The translations under genes and the position numbers were made by a program. This document shows, one piece after another, positions 9,604-18,701 of a DNA stretch of 64,000 bases. The notes under the pieces were generated by a model. That model saw only the letters and a program-made list of their open reading frames with translations. It searched no databases and was not told the DNA's origin. The first letter of the stretch is position 1. Every line of letters begins with the position of its first letter. Source of the stretch: a virus (Duplodnaviria; Caudoviricetes); the IMG/VR virus record IMGVR_UViG_3300037454_000078, positions 17,435 through 81,434 of that record; one strand, given 5' to 3'.

Positions 9604-10227
9604 TTAATATCCTTTGCCATGTTTGTTCGGGCGGGACTCGTTGTAGGCCATCTTGTGCTCTATGTGCCACTCGAGGTCTATTTTGTGGAAATCAGCGAAA
9701 TCAAAGCACCATGCAAGAGAAGCACCAAGAAGGCAGAAAATGTCGTCCGCCGACGTATATTTGTCAATACGGATTATAATCCTCGCCAATCCGTAGCATT
9801 GCTCGTTGATAGAGTCCTTACCCCAAATGTTAGCCCAATCGTCGCTTGTAGATGCTTCCTCAAGGACAAGCGGCTCTATATGCCGTGTTCCCAAGAAATC
9901 GCATATACGGATAACGACGTCGGCCAATTCGTCCTCCAACGTGTCCTTGATGTGTTCAACAAAGCACTTGTTGACGTATTCGGCGTATTCGGCATCGCTA
10001 CCGATACGGATTTCCTCTAACGCCTTAAATGCACCAACATCGGCGCGGCGGTTCTTCCTATCCGCCTCCACCATCTCGCCGATTTCACTGATAACAAGCA
10101 TCATCCAGTGCTCGTCAGAACGCTCCTCGTCGTGGAAGCCGTGCCCGCAGGCCGTTTTGTATGCACGGCTGATAAACTCGTTGATTTTTTCTTTTGATAC
10201 CATAATTCTCTTGTTTTCGTTAATCAT
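9604..10227 (-). CDS. MazG-like nucleotide pyrophosphohydrolase
   Basis: LVISEIGEMVEADRK and LEDELADVVIRICDF acidic motifs of the all-alpha NTP-PPase fold. Confidence 0.8.
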   Translation of the reverse strand: MINENKRIMVSKEKINEFISRAYKTACGHGFHDEERSDEHWMMLVISEIGEMVEADRKNRRADVGAFKALEEIRIGSDAEYAEYVNKCFVEHIKDTLEDELADVVIRICDFLGTRHIEPLVLEEASTSDDWANIWGKDSINEQCYGLARIIIRIDKYTSADDIFCLLGASLAWCFDFADFHKIDLEWHIEHKMAYNESRPNKHGKGY

Positions 10228-10272
10228 TGATTATATCCGTAACTCTCAAATAATTTAACGATTTTTATAAAA

Positions 10273-10644
10273 CTAAAAAGGCAATTGACTATCGTCAGTA
10301 TTCGCATTCTTCTGCTGCGGAGTATTCTGAGGTTGGGCGCTTGCACCCTGCTGCGGCTGCTGCACTCCACCAATCGTCGAGCAATAGTAACAGCTTGCCG
10401 TGGTGAACCAACGTCCCTGATACTCCCTCGACGTCACGTTGAACTTGACCAACACCTCGTGGCCGACCACGACGGCGTTCTTCATCTTTTCGAACTTGTC
10501 GCTGCCCATGACCTCAAGGCATAGCTTCTGCTCGTACTGTCCGTCCATCCAGCTAACTACGAACTGGTGCTTCTCCCAATCTCCCCTGCTGCTCGTACCA
10601 CTCTGCACTGGCAGCACTTCAATAATCTTTGCGTTTAACTCCAT
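10273..10644 (-). CDS. DUF3127-type OB-fold protein (SSB-like)
   Basis: MELNAKIIEVLPVQSGTSSRGDWEKHQFVV...FNVTSREYQGRWFT..., Q-rich tail ending LPF. Confidence 0.8.
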   Translation of the reverse strand: MELNAKIIEVLPVQSGTSSRGDWEKHQFVVSWMDGQYEQKLCLEVMGSDKFEKMKNAVVVGHEVLVKFNVTSREYQGRWFTTASCYYCSTIGGVQQPQQGASAQPQNTPQQKNANTDDSQLPF

Positions 10645-10672
10645 CTGTTATAATATATTTAATCTTTAATAA

Positions 10673-10795
10673 CTATCTCAATGCCAATATCACAAGCATT
10701 GCACAAAGCACGATGCACACAATAAACAAGCTGTGAGCAACCGACTCTAATGCGCACACGACGCGCTCTCTAAATTCATCACTCGGCATAATCAT
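10673..10795 (-). CDS. Small membrane protein (40 aa)
   Basis: Manually translated; C-terminal hydrophobic helix LFIVCIVLCAMLVILAL. Confidence 0.5.
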   Translation of the reverse strand: MIMPSDEFRERVVCALESVAHSLFIVCIVLCAMLVILALR

Positions 10796-11100
10796 CCACT
10801 ACTGTCACAGTGCCAGTACAGGCTCAAGGACTTGCAGCACGAGTGGTGGTCTGTCTTAGCCCAACCGTCGCTGTGACTCTCAACTTCAAATCCATACTTC
10901 TCTCTCTGCTCCCAGAACGCCTTCATAATCAGACGAGGAAGCATGACGTCCAGCCACATGTGGGTACTACTCCAAAAAGGAGGATACCAGCCGTTCTCGT
11001 AGCCAAGGTCGCCAATCGGGGCAAGCTTGCGCAGGTCACTAAGACCGAACAGACCAACCTTCCTCGTCAGTTCCCATTTCCGTTCCCTTGTCAAATACAT
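10792..11100 (-). CDS. Hypothetical protein (first gene of leftward operon, MYLTRERKW)
   Basis: ORF track; start placed downstream of promoter 11143-11175. Confidence 0.65.
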   Translation of the reverse strand: MYLTRERKWELTRKVGLFGLSDLRKLAPIGDLGYENGWYPPFWSSTHMWLDVMLPRLIMKAFWEQREKYGFEVESHSDGWAKTDHHSCCKSLSLYWHCDSSG

Positions 11101-11142
11101 AATATCCCTCTGTTTAACGTAAGTAAATAATGAAATTCGCTG

Positions 11143-11175
11143 CAAATATAGACATAGTTCTTGAAATATTCCAAA
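11143..11175 (-). promoter_or_regulatory. Bacteroidetes promoter (leftward arm) with near-palindrome TTGAAATATTCCAA
   Basis: TTTG-N21-TATATTTG on minus strand. Confidence 0.8.
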
Positions 11176-11179
11176 TTTA

Positions 11180-12240
11180 TAACACTATTTAATAGTATTA
11201 ACTATTTTTTAGTAATACTATAACATAGTATACATTATATTAATGTATATACATATACACACACGCGCGTAAAATCAGCTCTTTTCTTGAAATCCATGGC
11301 AGAAAACAGAAGAAAACTGAACCCTAAAATAAAAGAAACGCGTTTTAAGGCGTCCTGAGACGTTTTTTCGACCTCAGACGATAAATTGTACTCAAAAACT
11401 ATTTGAAGCCGCCAGAGAGCTCGAAAACAGCGTTTTTGACAATTCTGCATCACAACACACACTCTTTATCTCTGGGATTTTTATTTTTTCGTTTTTCTTT
11501 TTTTCTTTTTTGAGGAAAGGACTGTTTGCACCATATCTTTTCGCTTTGCGGTTCACCCCGTCCCCGTCTATTTGTTTTCGTCTGTTTTCGTACCTTTTAA
11601 GCCGTATTTTATCTGCTATCTTTTTAGGGTTAAAAATACGTTTTAAATACGTTCATTTATTATCATTATCACTTCTTTTGCAAGTCTATAACAAAAACGC
11701 CAAAACGCCAACAAACTAAAAAACGTATCATTTTGGAAAAACAATGTACCAAAATTAAACATATCTAAATATTCACGCCTATCTATCTATTATCTTTTTA
11801 TCTATTCTATTAACCAACAACTAACTAATAATCTATACTAACATATTATATTAATCTTATTAACTCTATATTAATTCTATACTATACTATACTATACTAT
11901 TCTATAACTTTCGCGTGCGTACATTATTATAATAAAATAAAGTGTACTACTAATATAGTACACAGATACAGTTTTTACGCTATAAAAAAAATATTAACAT
12001 TACTGTAAATAATTCAGAAAAAATAAATATTTACACTAAAAAACTCTATTTTTTAGGAAAAACTCTCTATTTATTAGTGTTTCAGAAAATAAAAATTTTC
12101 TATAAATTACTAATATTAATTTACAATATACATTTTTTAAGATTTATATCAATATAAAATTAACATATTAAATCTTTCAAAACAGCCTTAAATAAAGGAA
12201 TTTTGTGTAAAATATTATTTTATTTGTTAAAAACTTATTC
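11180..12240. other. AT-rich non-coding divergence region (candidate origin/terminus/packaging region)
   Basis: No credible ORF; 135-nt G-free tract 11778-11912; palindromes at 11229-11249 and 11942-11963. Confidence 0.6.
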
Positions 12241-12244
12241 TTAC

Positions 12245-12275
12245 TTTGATATATGGAAAATTAACTGTACCTTTG
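12245..12275 (+). promoter_or_regulatory. Bacteroidetes promoter (rightward early arm)
   Basis: TTTG-N19-TACCTTTG. Confidence 0.8.
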
Positions 12276-12314
12276 CACCAAAATTAAGATAATAACAATT
12301 TAAAACATTAAGTT

Positions 12315-12599
12315 ATGAACACGAAGAATAAAAGCAAATATCAATATTTAGGTGAAAACCTTTATAATGATACAGATATTTTTTGTTTGGTACATAAAGC
12401 CACAAGAATAGTATTTTTAGAATTTATTGCAACAGATTTTATTGATTATTGCATAAACAATAATATTCGTTTTGTGGATTATTTGCAAAAAAGAAAAGAG
12501 TATATTTGTAAAAGCCGCAACTATTCGCCAGAGTTATTTGGTGTATCTTATAAAAATTATGGTTACGAAACATATAATTTTAATTTAATGTGTGAATAA
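12315..12599 (+). CDS. Hypothetical early protein
   Basis: 94 aa, AT-rich, AAAACATT..TTATG leader. Confidence 0.65.
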   Translation: MNTKNKSKYQYLGENLYNDTDIFCLVHKATRIVFLEFIATDFIDYCINNNIRFVDYLQKRKEYICKSRNYSPELFGVSYKNYGYETYNFNLMCE

Positions 12600-12657
12600 T
12601 GTATTTATTACATATATAGTCAATTTATAGTATTCATCAATTTAAAACATTAAAGTT

Positions 12658-13284
12658 ATGAAAACAAAGAATTTAAGCACAAAGGAATTTAACGAAGTAG
12701 TTAAGGGTGCAAAGGTGGAAATTAACGGAACTTTCAAAAACCCGTTTGTAGTGATTAACTTATTAAATAAAGCCGTAAAAGGTGATTTTGCAAAGGTTGC
12801 AAATTGTGAGATTAATCCAGAAAATCTTAAAAAGGTTGCAAAGGTGTGCAAAGGTATGCACGCAAATAGATACGCTTTTGATGTATGCTTATTTGAAAAA
12901 GATTCATTTGGGCGTTTTTGTGCGATGTCACCTTTTAAGGGCGCAAAGGGCGATTTATTTGCAGATTATTACGACATTAACAATATGTCTGTATTAGTTT
13001 ATACTGATAACAAAGGGCGTGAAATTGTAGAAAATGAAAAGGGCGATTTATACACGTGTGCGCCTATCTCACTAACTATTAACGGCGTTTTTAACGCTTT
13101 TGCAAAGGTTGCAAAGGTGGACATTATCGAAAAAGATAAGGCCGCGAAAGAGTTTCAAAAGGCCGCAAAAAAGGCAGAAAGAATCAGGGCTACAAAGTTA
13201 CGTGAACTTGACAGGGCAAAGGACAAAGGTATTATAACGGAATTTGAATATAACGAAAAACTAAAGTTAATAAAAGCCGCGTAA
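12658..13284 (+). CDS. Hypothetical early protein (Lys/Ala-rich)
   Basis: 208 aa, same leader motif. Confidence 0.7.
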   Translation: MKTKNLSTKEFNEVVKGAKVEINGTFKNPFVVINLLNKAVKGDFAKVANCEINPENLKKVAKVCKGMHANRYAFDVCLFEKDSFGRFCAMSPFKGAKGDLFADYYDINNMSVLVYTDNKGREIVENEKGDLYTCAPISLTINGVFNAFAKVAKVDIIEKDKAAKEFQKAAKKAERIRATKLRELDRAKDKGIITEFEYNEKLKLIKAA

Positions 13285-13289
13285 AAGGG

Positions 13290-14062
13290 CTGCAAAGGGC
13301 TGCAAACGTACATAATATATTGGGGCGTACACTGCAAAAGTATTGCAGCCTACAAAAAGGGCGTTATAAAGAGTTATAACGTACCTTGCACCAAATAAGG
13401 TGTACAAAGGGCGCAAAATGTATCTTTTTAGCGCAAAGGGCGCAAAGTTACTACCTTATTAAAAGCGCAAAGTGCGCAAAGGTAGTACAAAGGGTACAAA
13501 GTAGCAAACGGCGTAATTTTTGACAATTTGAAAAGAATCATTATCACTTCTGCGAAAAAGTGTTGAAGGGGTGTAATTACTTTTTGTAGGTATACGTGCA
13601 CTTTAAAGAAATAAGCGTATAAACCGCAAAAGGGACAGGGAAAAGGCCGAAAAATCAAACGGGCGCCGTATCTATTAGCGTACGCGATTTGTAGGACGTA
13701 TTAACCTTTGCACTGAATAATTATATACAAGTATCAAAGAAGTGATAAAAAGCATAAAGCGATAATAACTTTATGGGTGATAGATATAACGGCAACGGAA
13801 ATGCAAAAGGGCGCAAGTATGGCTTGTTAAATGTCTGGTAGCGCAAAAAAAGTGAAAGTGTTTCGTTAAAATTTAATCCAGAATTATAGTTAGCAAAATA
13901 ACTGCATCGACTAACTCTTTTGCATGAAAGTGGATGAAATATAGCGTGCATGTGATGTAACGAAAGCGAACAAGTTCGCATGGCAGATTACTTGCATAAA
14001 GATATGCACAGGATAAAAGAGATTGTTGCATCGTAATTGCGTCGGCAGCATGCACGCACTAA
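13290..14062 (+). ncRNA. Candidate large ornate structured RNA
   Basis: ORF-free ~770 nt with many nested helices (see findings); strand assumed from operon context. Confidence 0.45.
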
Positions 14063-14078
14063 CCAAAATTTAAAAGAT

Positions 14079-14393
14079 ATGGCAAACTTAAAAGAATTGT
14101 GCGGAAGCATTCCGCAAAGCATCATTCACACCGCAACAAACTACGAAGTAGCAAGGCGCAAGGTTGCAGCGCACAGAAGGCAGCAGAAGGAATATAATGC
14201 ACGCATGCAGGCTCTGGATATGGAAAGATGCATCTTCGAGCAGTGCAAACGTAGCCGCACACAAAAGCGGGTGCGCAACTCCTTCAGCACTGAGGAGGCT
14301 GGGCGCAGCGGCGGCGGCACTATAATTGCAACCATACGGAATAATAGCACACATATACACCAAGTGTGCAGGGTGTCGGCAAACAGATATTAA
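14079..14393 (+). CDS. Hypothetical early protein
   Basis: ORF track, start MANLKELC after A-rich leader. Confidence 0.55.
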   Translation: MANLKELCGSIPQSIIHTATNYEVARRKVAAHRRQQKEYNARMQALDMERCIFEQCKRSRTQKRVRNSFSTEEAGRSGGGTIIATIRNNSTHIHQVCRVSANRY

Positions 14394-14432
14394 TCATAGG
14401 AGGCACATACATCAATTTAAAACAAAAGCATT

Positions 14433-14618
14433 ATGAGACAAAGAATCAAAAAGCAGGGCGCAGTCCGTGTAGGCACTGGCTATTGCCCGAAAGTAGCGGT
14501 ATTGTGGGCAGTCGTAGTGGCTGGCGTAGTGTTGTTCCAAGACACAAAGCAGGTGTGTGACGATTTGTGTGTGCAGATGCGCATGCACAATCAGCGTGCA
14601 GAGGTCATAAAGTTATAG
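14433..14618 (+). CDS. Small hypothetical protein with hydrophobic segment
   Basis: 61 aa, leader motif. Confidence 0.5.
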   Translation: MRQRIKKQGAVRVGTGYCPKVAVLWAVVVAGVVLFQDTKQVCDDLCVQMRMHNQRAEVIKL

Positions 14619-14629
14619 GAGGGCGAAAT

Positions 14630-14797
14630 ATGAGGACACGTGTATATCCAGCAGACGCAAGGGGCTATTGTCTGAGAGGCTTCTGCCCGACCATCTGCAA
14701 AAGCATCGAGAAGGCACAGAGAGAGGCGCTTGAGCTGGAGTTCAGCCTGCGCAAGTACGGATTCAAGTATCATCACATAGTAATAGAGGAGGCATAA
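14630..14797 (+). CDS. Small hypothetical protein
   Basis: 55 aa, GGAGG upstream. Confidence 0.5.
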   Translation: MRTRVYPADARGYCLRGFCPTICKSIEKAQREALELEFSLRKYGFKYHHIVIEEA

Positions 14798-14798
14798 C

Positions 14799-14993
14799 AT
14801 GAAGTACATCTTATATTTCAGTTCGCGCAAGAACTTTGGCGACAAAAGTACGTGGAGCAAGGAGGCATACCCGTCTGACGCGTCAATCCCCGAAGTCCGC
14901 AGGGCTGCAATGCTCGCAGGGTGCGAAGGTTTCGCAATAGTTAATTTCAAGACAAAGAAGACGCATCACTTTGAGTGGTTTGTAAACGCATAG
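14799..14993 (+). CDS. Small hypothetical protein
   Basis: 64 aa tandem gene. Confidence 0.55.
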   Translation: MKYILYFSSRKNFGDKSTWSKEAYPSDASIPEVRRAAMLAGCEGFAIVNFKTKKTHHFEWFVNA

Positions 14994-15004
14994 GAGGCAT
15001 AATT

Positions 15005-15235
15005 ATGAATACAGATAAATTATGGAATGTTCGCGATGAAATCATCTGCGAACTCGCTACGGCATCAATGAAGTTGGACAGACTGCACGTTGAATTGTGC
15101 GATGAAAGTCCGTATGAAGTGCCGAGCATTGATGAGATACGTGTGCGCATACTTTCAGCAATGAATGCACTTGCACGTCTTGAAACGCACGTAAACGAAT
15201 TTGGAACAGAAATTAAAAAATTGGAATCATGTTAG
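15005..15235 (+). CDS. Small helical hypothetical protein
   Basis: 76 aa, GGAGG upstream. Confidence 0.55.
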   Translation: MNTDKLWNVRDEIICELATASMKLDRLHVELCDESPYEVPSIDEIRVRILSAMNALARLETHVNEFGTEIKKLESC

Positions 15236-15516
15236 TAAGTGAGTTTATAGGTATGAAGAAAAGCAAAGAGCAAAAACGTGAAGAGGCACGAATGCGCCAG
15301 AATGCGCATAGTTGGCAGCGTGTGGACATTCCTCTCGACATGCCGTTTCTCGCAGGCGGTTACACTCAGACGGATTGGGATTGTCTTGTTCGTGGAAACA
15401 TGAGTGACGACGAAATAGAGGCGCTTGACTATATGTGGGAGTCATGCGAGACACTTGAGGAGCAGCACGACTATTTTAAAGACCAGTTGTTAAGTACAAA
15501 ACCATATTGGGCATGA
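15229..15516 (+). CDS. Hypothetical protein
   Basis: 95 aa, overlaps upstream stop. Confidence 0.6.
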   Translation: MLVSEFIGMKKSKEQKREEARMRQNAHSWQRVDIPLDMPFLAGGYTQTDWDCLVRGNMSDDEIEALDYMWESCETLEEQHDYFKDQLLSTKPYWA

Positions 15517-15613
15517 TTACATTATCTATCATCGTGGGCATCGTCATGGTCGCAGGCGGTGCATGTATATACAGCGACATGGAAAAAGAGTATCAATTTA
15601 AAAAGTAAGCATT

Positions 15614-15862
15614 ATGACAAACAAGCAATTGAAAGAGCTGAAGTCACTCTTCAGACGGCTCAACGAGAAAAACAAGTGCCACGACAGAAAGTATGTGTGC
15701 ATGGTTGAAAAGTATAAATATAACGGATATGCTATGAGCATAAATTTTGAGATTCTTTTCAGCACAGACCACGAAACCATCATGAAGTGGGTGTTCAAGA
15801 ATGGACTACTTTGCAGAATCGGCCCACTCAGTGAGGATATTGCATACATGGGCATACAGTAA
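15614..15862 (+). CDS. Hypothetical protein
   Basis: 82 aa, leader motif. Confidence 0.6.
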   Translation: MTNKQLKELKSLFRRLNEKNKCHDRKYVCMVEKYKYNGYAMSINFEILFSTDHETIMKWVFKNGLLCRIGPLSEDIAYMGIQ

Positions 15863-15946
15863 ACGGCAGAAGGTGGGCGCAGCCACTATCGACACGCCCG
15901 CCACGCTGACAGACATCAATCGACAAACATCAAACATTTAAGCAAT

Positions 15947-16633
15947 ATGGCAAGAATATCACAAGAAGTTCGTGACTTAATGTTCACGAAAGCGAGAGAA
16001 ATAGAGAGCCGTGACGAATACTTAAATTTCGTCAGCAACTACTGTGACAACAATAGCTTGGACTATTGGCAGGTGTGGCAAGGCTGCGCACGTTCTTTCT
16101 TTTACATGAACGAGGAGCGTCGTATGCGTCAGCGCTGCATAGAGGCAGTAAACAACACGTTCGCATACTTCCCGAGTTACGACCTTGCACGCATGGAGCA
16201 TTGGAGTGAGGAAGACATCGAGAAGAAAATCGAAATCGAAGACTGGGGTGGCACATGGGTGGTCACAAAGATTTTTGGCATCGAGGTTGACGTGCATAAC
16301 AGGGAGTGCAGATGCTTTGCACTACGTTGGAGAGAGGAAGACGAACGTGCTGACGGAACACCGATAGAGTGGAAGACACTGCTGACCACATTCGACTTCT
16401 CGACCATTAAAGAGGGCGACAAAGAAAAGAATATGGTGTGGTCTGGTGGATACTTCGCAGGACGTGAATACAACCGATACAAGTACATTCCGAGAGCCCT
16501 GTACTTCTCGCTCGAAGAGTTTATTGAGACATACAAAACGTTCGCAGACGAGCGATATGACGCAGACAAGTTGGTCATGGTGGACGATACGCCTGAGCCA
16601 ATCAACTACGACTATGACGACTACGAAGAGTAA
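15947..16633 (+). CDS. Hypothetical acidic/aromatic early protein
   Basis: 228 aa. Confidence 0.75.
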   Translation: MARISQEVRDLMFTKAREIESRDEYLNFVSNYCDNNSLDYWQVWQGCARSFFYMNEERRMRQRCIEAVNNTFAYFPSYDLARMEHWSEEDIEKKIEIEDWGGTWVVTKIFGIEVDVHNRECRCFALRWREEDERADGTPIEWKTLLTTFDFSTIKEGDKEKNMVWSGGYFAGREYNRYKYIPRALYFSLEEFIETYKTFADERYDADKLVMVDDTPEPINYDYDDYEE

Positions 16634-16667
16634 ACATATAGTATCAACATTTTAAAACATTGCAACA

Positions 16668-16850
16668 ATGAAAGCAAAGGCATTTTTGGTGCTTGTCACA
16701 TTGGCAAGCGGCATTGTGATTCCGTGCAGTGGAATCGGTGAGAACAAGGACGAGGCATTGATGGACGCATGTTCGTACCTCGCAAGTACGGATTTCCCAG
16801 AAGAGGACATCGAGGACGTGGACGTAGTAAATCCAGACGACAACAAGTAA
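16668..16850 (+). CDS. Small protein, hydrophobic N-terminus and acidic tail
   Basis: 60 aa, leader motif. Confidence 0.5.
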   Translation: MKAKAFLVLVTLASGIVIPCSGIGENKDEALMDACSYLASTDFPEEDIEDVDVVNPDDNK

Positions 16851-16883
16851 ACAACAGTATTAACAATTTAAAACAGAAACATT

Positions 16884-18689
16884 ATGGCAAGCAACGCAAC
16901 TATCGCACACAGGTTTGCGAACAAAGACAACAATTTTGAGAGAGGACTGAAGGGTTCAAGTGTACACATCGAGGGGCGCAACTACTACAGCTATTCGACT
17001 GTCTTTGGGCAGTGGGTGGATAAGAAAGTCTGCCTCGTGTATCACGGAGAGACAAGCATCACGTCGAACGGACATAAGTTGTGGGACGGCGACTTCCCGA
17101 AGGACGTGACGCTATTCCCCTACGATGACGGCGGCAGAGGGCCGTATTACAACAACTGGCACGGCTGCGACCTGCTCGGATGGCGCGGAGAGTTCGACTA
17201 CGATGCACGCGTCCGACTCATGGACTATTGGGTAGGCGAGATATACGATGCACTTAATGCTATGGTAGGCGGCAAGAAGAAAGATTTGGACAGCAATGCC
17301 ACGATTGTAATAGCAGAATATTGGGCATACGTGGAGAAGTTGTGCTCCATGTACAAGGACACGAGCGTCCCCAAGTGGCTCAAGAAGAAACGCATCGACA
17401 TGGACGGCATGTGGAAGAAAAAGAAGGTCGTCGTGAAAGCCTTGTACAATGGTGAGAGAGGTGTCGAAGCGCTTGTTGATGCTGCCTTCGGTCTTGGAAC
17501 GTACAAGAAATACTACAACTACTGCGCACGCTACCGCAAAGCAGCAGACAAGCGTGCAAAGGTTGAGGTATTGTGTGAGCGTCTTGGCATTGCAAGTCCT
17601 TATGAAAGTTGGAGTCGTGGACGTATGGACACAGGTCTTACAGCCGACCAGATTCGAAAGTTAAGTGCAAAGGAGCGTCTTGACCTGCACTTTGCAAGCA
17701 TCATGCGTGACGATGAGCGCAAAGAAGAGAGTGCAGTCGAAGAGAAGTACAACAAGAACTTCCGCAACGCTTACAAGTGGATTGTAGGTTTCGAGCCGAA
17801 AGAGAAGTGGAACGGCTACGAGAAAGATGTACACAACAACTGCATCAACAAGGACAACGGAGTGGTATATGAGTGCAGTGGAGAATATATCTACGGATTC
17901 TACTGGTGCGATACAAGCGTGGCTTTCAACTACGATTCTTTCCGCAAGAGCGAGGACAAGGAGCAGTGGATTGCAGGATTCTATGCAAAGTGCAAAGAGG
18001 CTGCGATGAACCGCAAGGCAATCTGCATCCTCAAGCGCATCAATGCACACAAGAAAGAGAAGGAACACTCTTATGACGATGACGTGTATCTTAACGACGA
18101 CTACCTGCGTGAGAGTACGACAGAGCCAGAGTACATCATCTGTTCTGAGTTCATAGACAAACAGGACAAGCACTATGCAGACGAGGAAGCCCGCAAACGT
18201 GCTCAGGAGATTGAGCGTCAGCGTCAGGCAGAGGAGAGAAGACGCGAGGAAGAGTATCGTGCAAAAGTCAAGCAGGAGCAGATTGACGCTTGCCTGTCCC
18301 GTGGAACAGAAGGCGCACGTGACTTGTGGCGTCTGCATCTTGCGGAGATATACAAAGCAGAGGGCATGAACGACACCATTGGCGACAAGAGTCACGATGA
18401 CTTCTTTCTCGGTGGCAACGTCCTGCTTCGTCTCAACCTCGACAAGACACACGTGGAGTCGAGCAAGGGTGTGCGTGTGCCTGTGGCGGTTGCTAAGTTG
18501 TGGTTCAAGAAGGTCAAGCAGTGGCACGACGACCCTAAGTCGTTCAAGCCTATTGAGTGGAACACGAAGGGCAACGGCACTTACACGGTCAGCGAGTACA
18601 AGAACGACATCCTGACTGCTGGCTGTCACGACATCGCATACGCAGAGATGGAGCGCATGTACAACGAGATTGTGTCGCTCGGAATCTGA
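16884..18689 (+). CDS. Large hypothetical early protein
   Basis: 601 aa; C-terminal LRL..VESSKGVRVP...LTAGCHDIAYAE segment resembles a phage hypothetical family (recollection, unverified). Confidence 0.8.
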   Translation: MASNATIAHRFANKDNNFERGLKGSSVHIEGRNYYSYSTVFGQWVDKKVCLVYHGETSITSNGHKLWDGDFPKDVTLFPYDDGGRGPYYNNWHGCDLLGWRGEFDYDARVRLMDYWVGEIYDALNAMVGGKKKDLDSNATIVIAEYWAYVEKLCSMYKDTSVPKWLKKKRIDMDGMWKKKKVVVKALYNGERGVEALVDAAFGLGTYKKYYNYCARYRKAADKRAKVEVLCERLGIASPYESWSRGRMDTGLTADQIRKLSAKERLDLHFASIMRDDERKEESAVEEKYNKNFRNAYKWIVGFEPKEKWNGYEKDVHNNCINKDNGVVYECSGEYIYGFYWCDTSVAFNYDSFRKSEDKEQWIAGFYAKCKEAAMNRKAICILKRINAHKKEKEHSYDDDVYLNDDYLRESTTEPEYIICSEFIDKQDKHYADEEARKRAQEIERQRQAEERRREEEYRAKVKQEQIDACLSRGTEGARDLWRLHLAEIYKAEGMNDTIGDKSHDDFFLGGNVLLRLNLDKTHVESSKGVRVPVAVAKLWFKKVKQWHDDPKSFKPIEWNTKGNGTYTVSEYKNDILTAGCHDIAYAEMERMYNEIVSLGI

Positions 18690-18701
18690 TTCACTATCGA
18701 C

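Noticed and set aside
13691-13703. Internal promoter for the ncRNA candidate (AACCTTTGCAC)
   Set aside because: First base deviates from TAnnTTTG and there is no -33 box at 19-21 nt; too weak to call
12787-13850. CRISPR array or mini-array
   Set aside because: Repeats are short, irregularly spaced words without constant-length spacers; no cas genes
13940-14060. Hammerhead or other known self-cleaving ribozyme
   Set aside because: No CUGAnGA/GAAA core in the right stem context on either strand by eye
17661-18629. Long antisense ORFs (e.g. 17661-18629, 52144-53034, 42525-43247, 57672-58310)
   Set aside because: They shadow well-supported genes on the opposite strand, lack start signals and have unnatural composition
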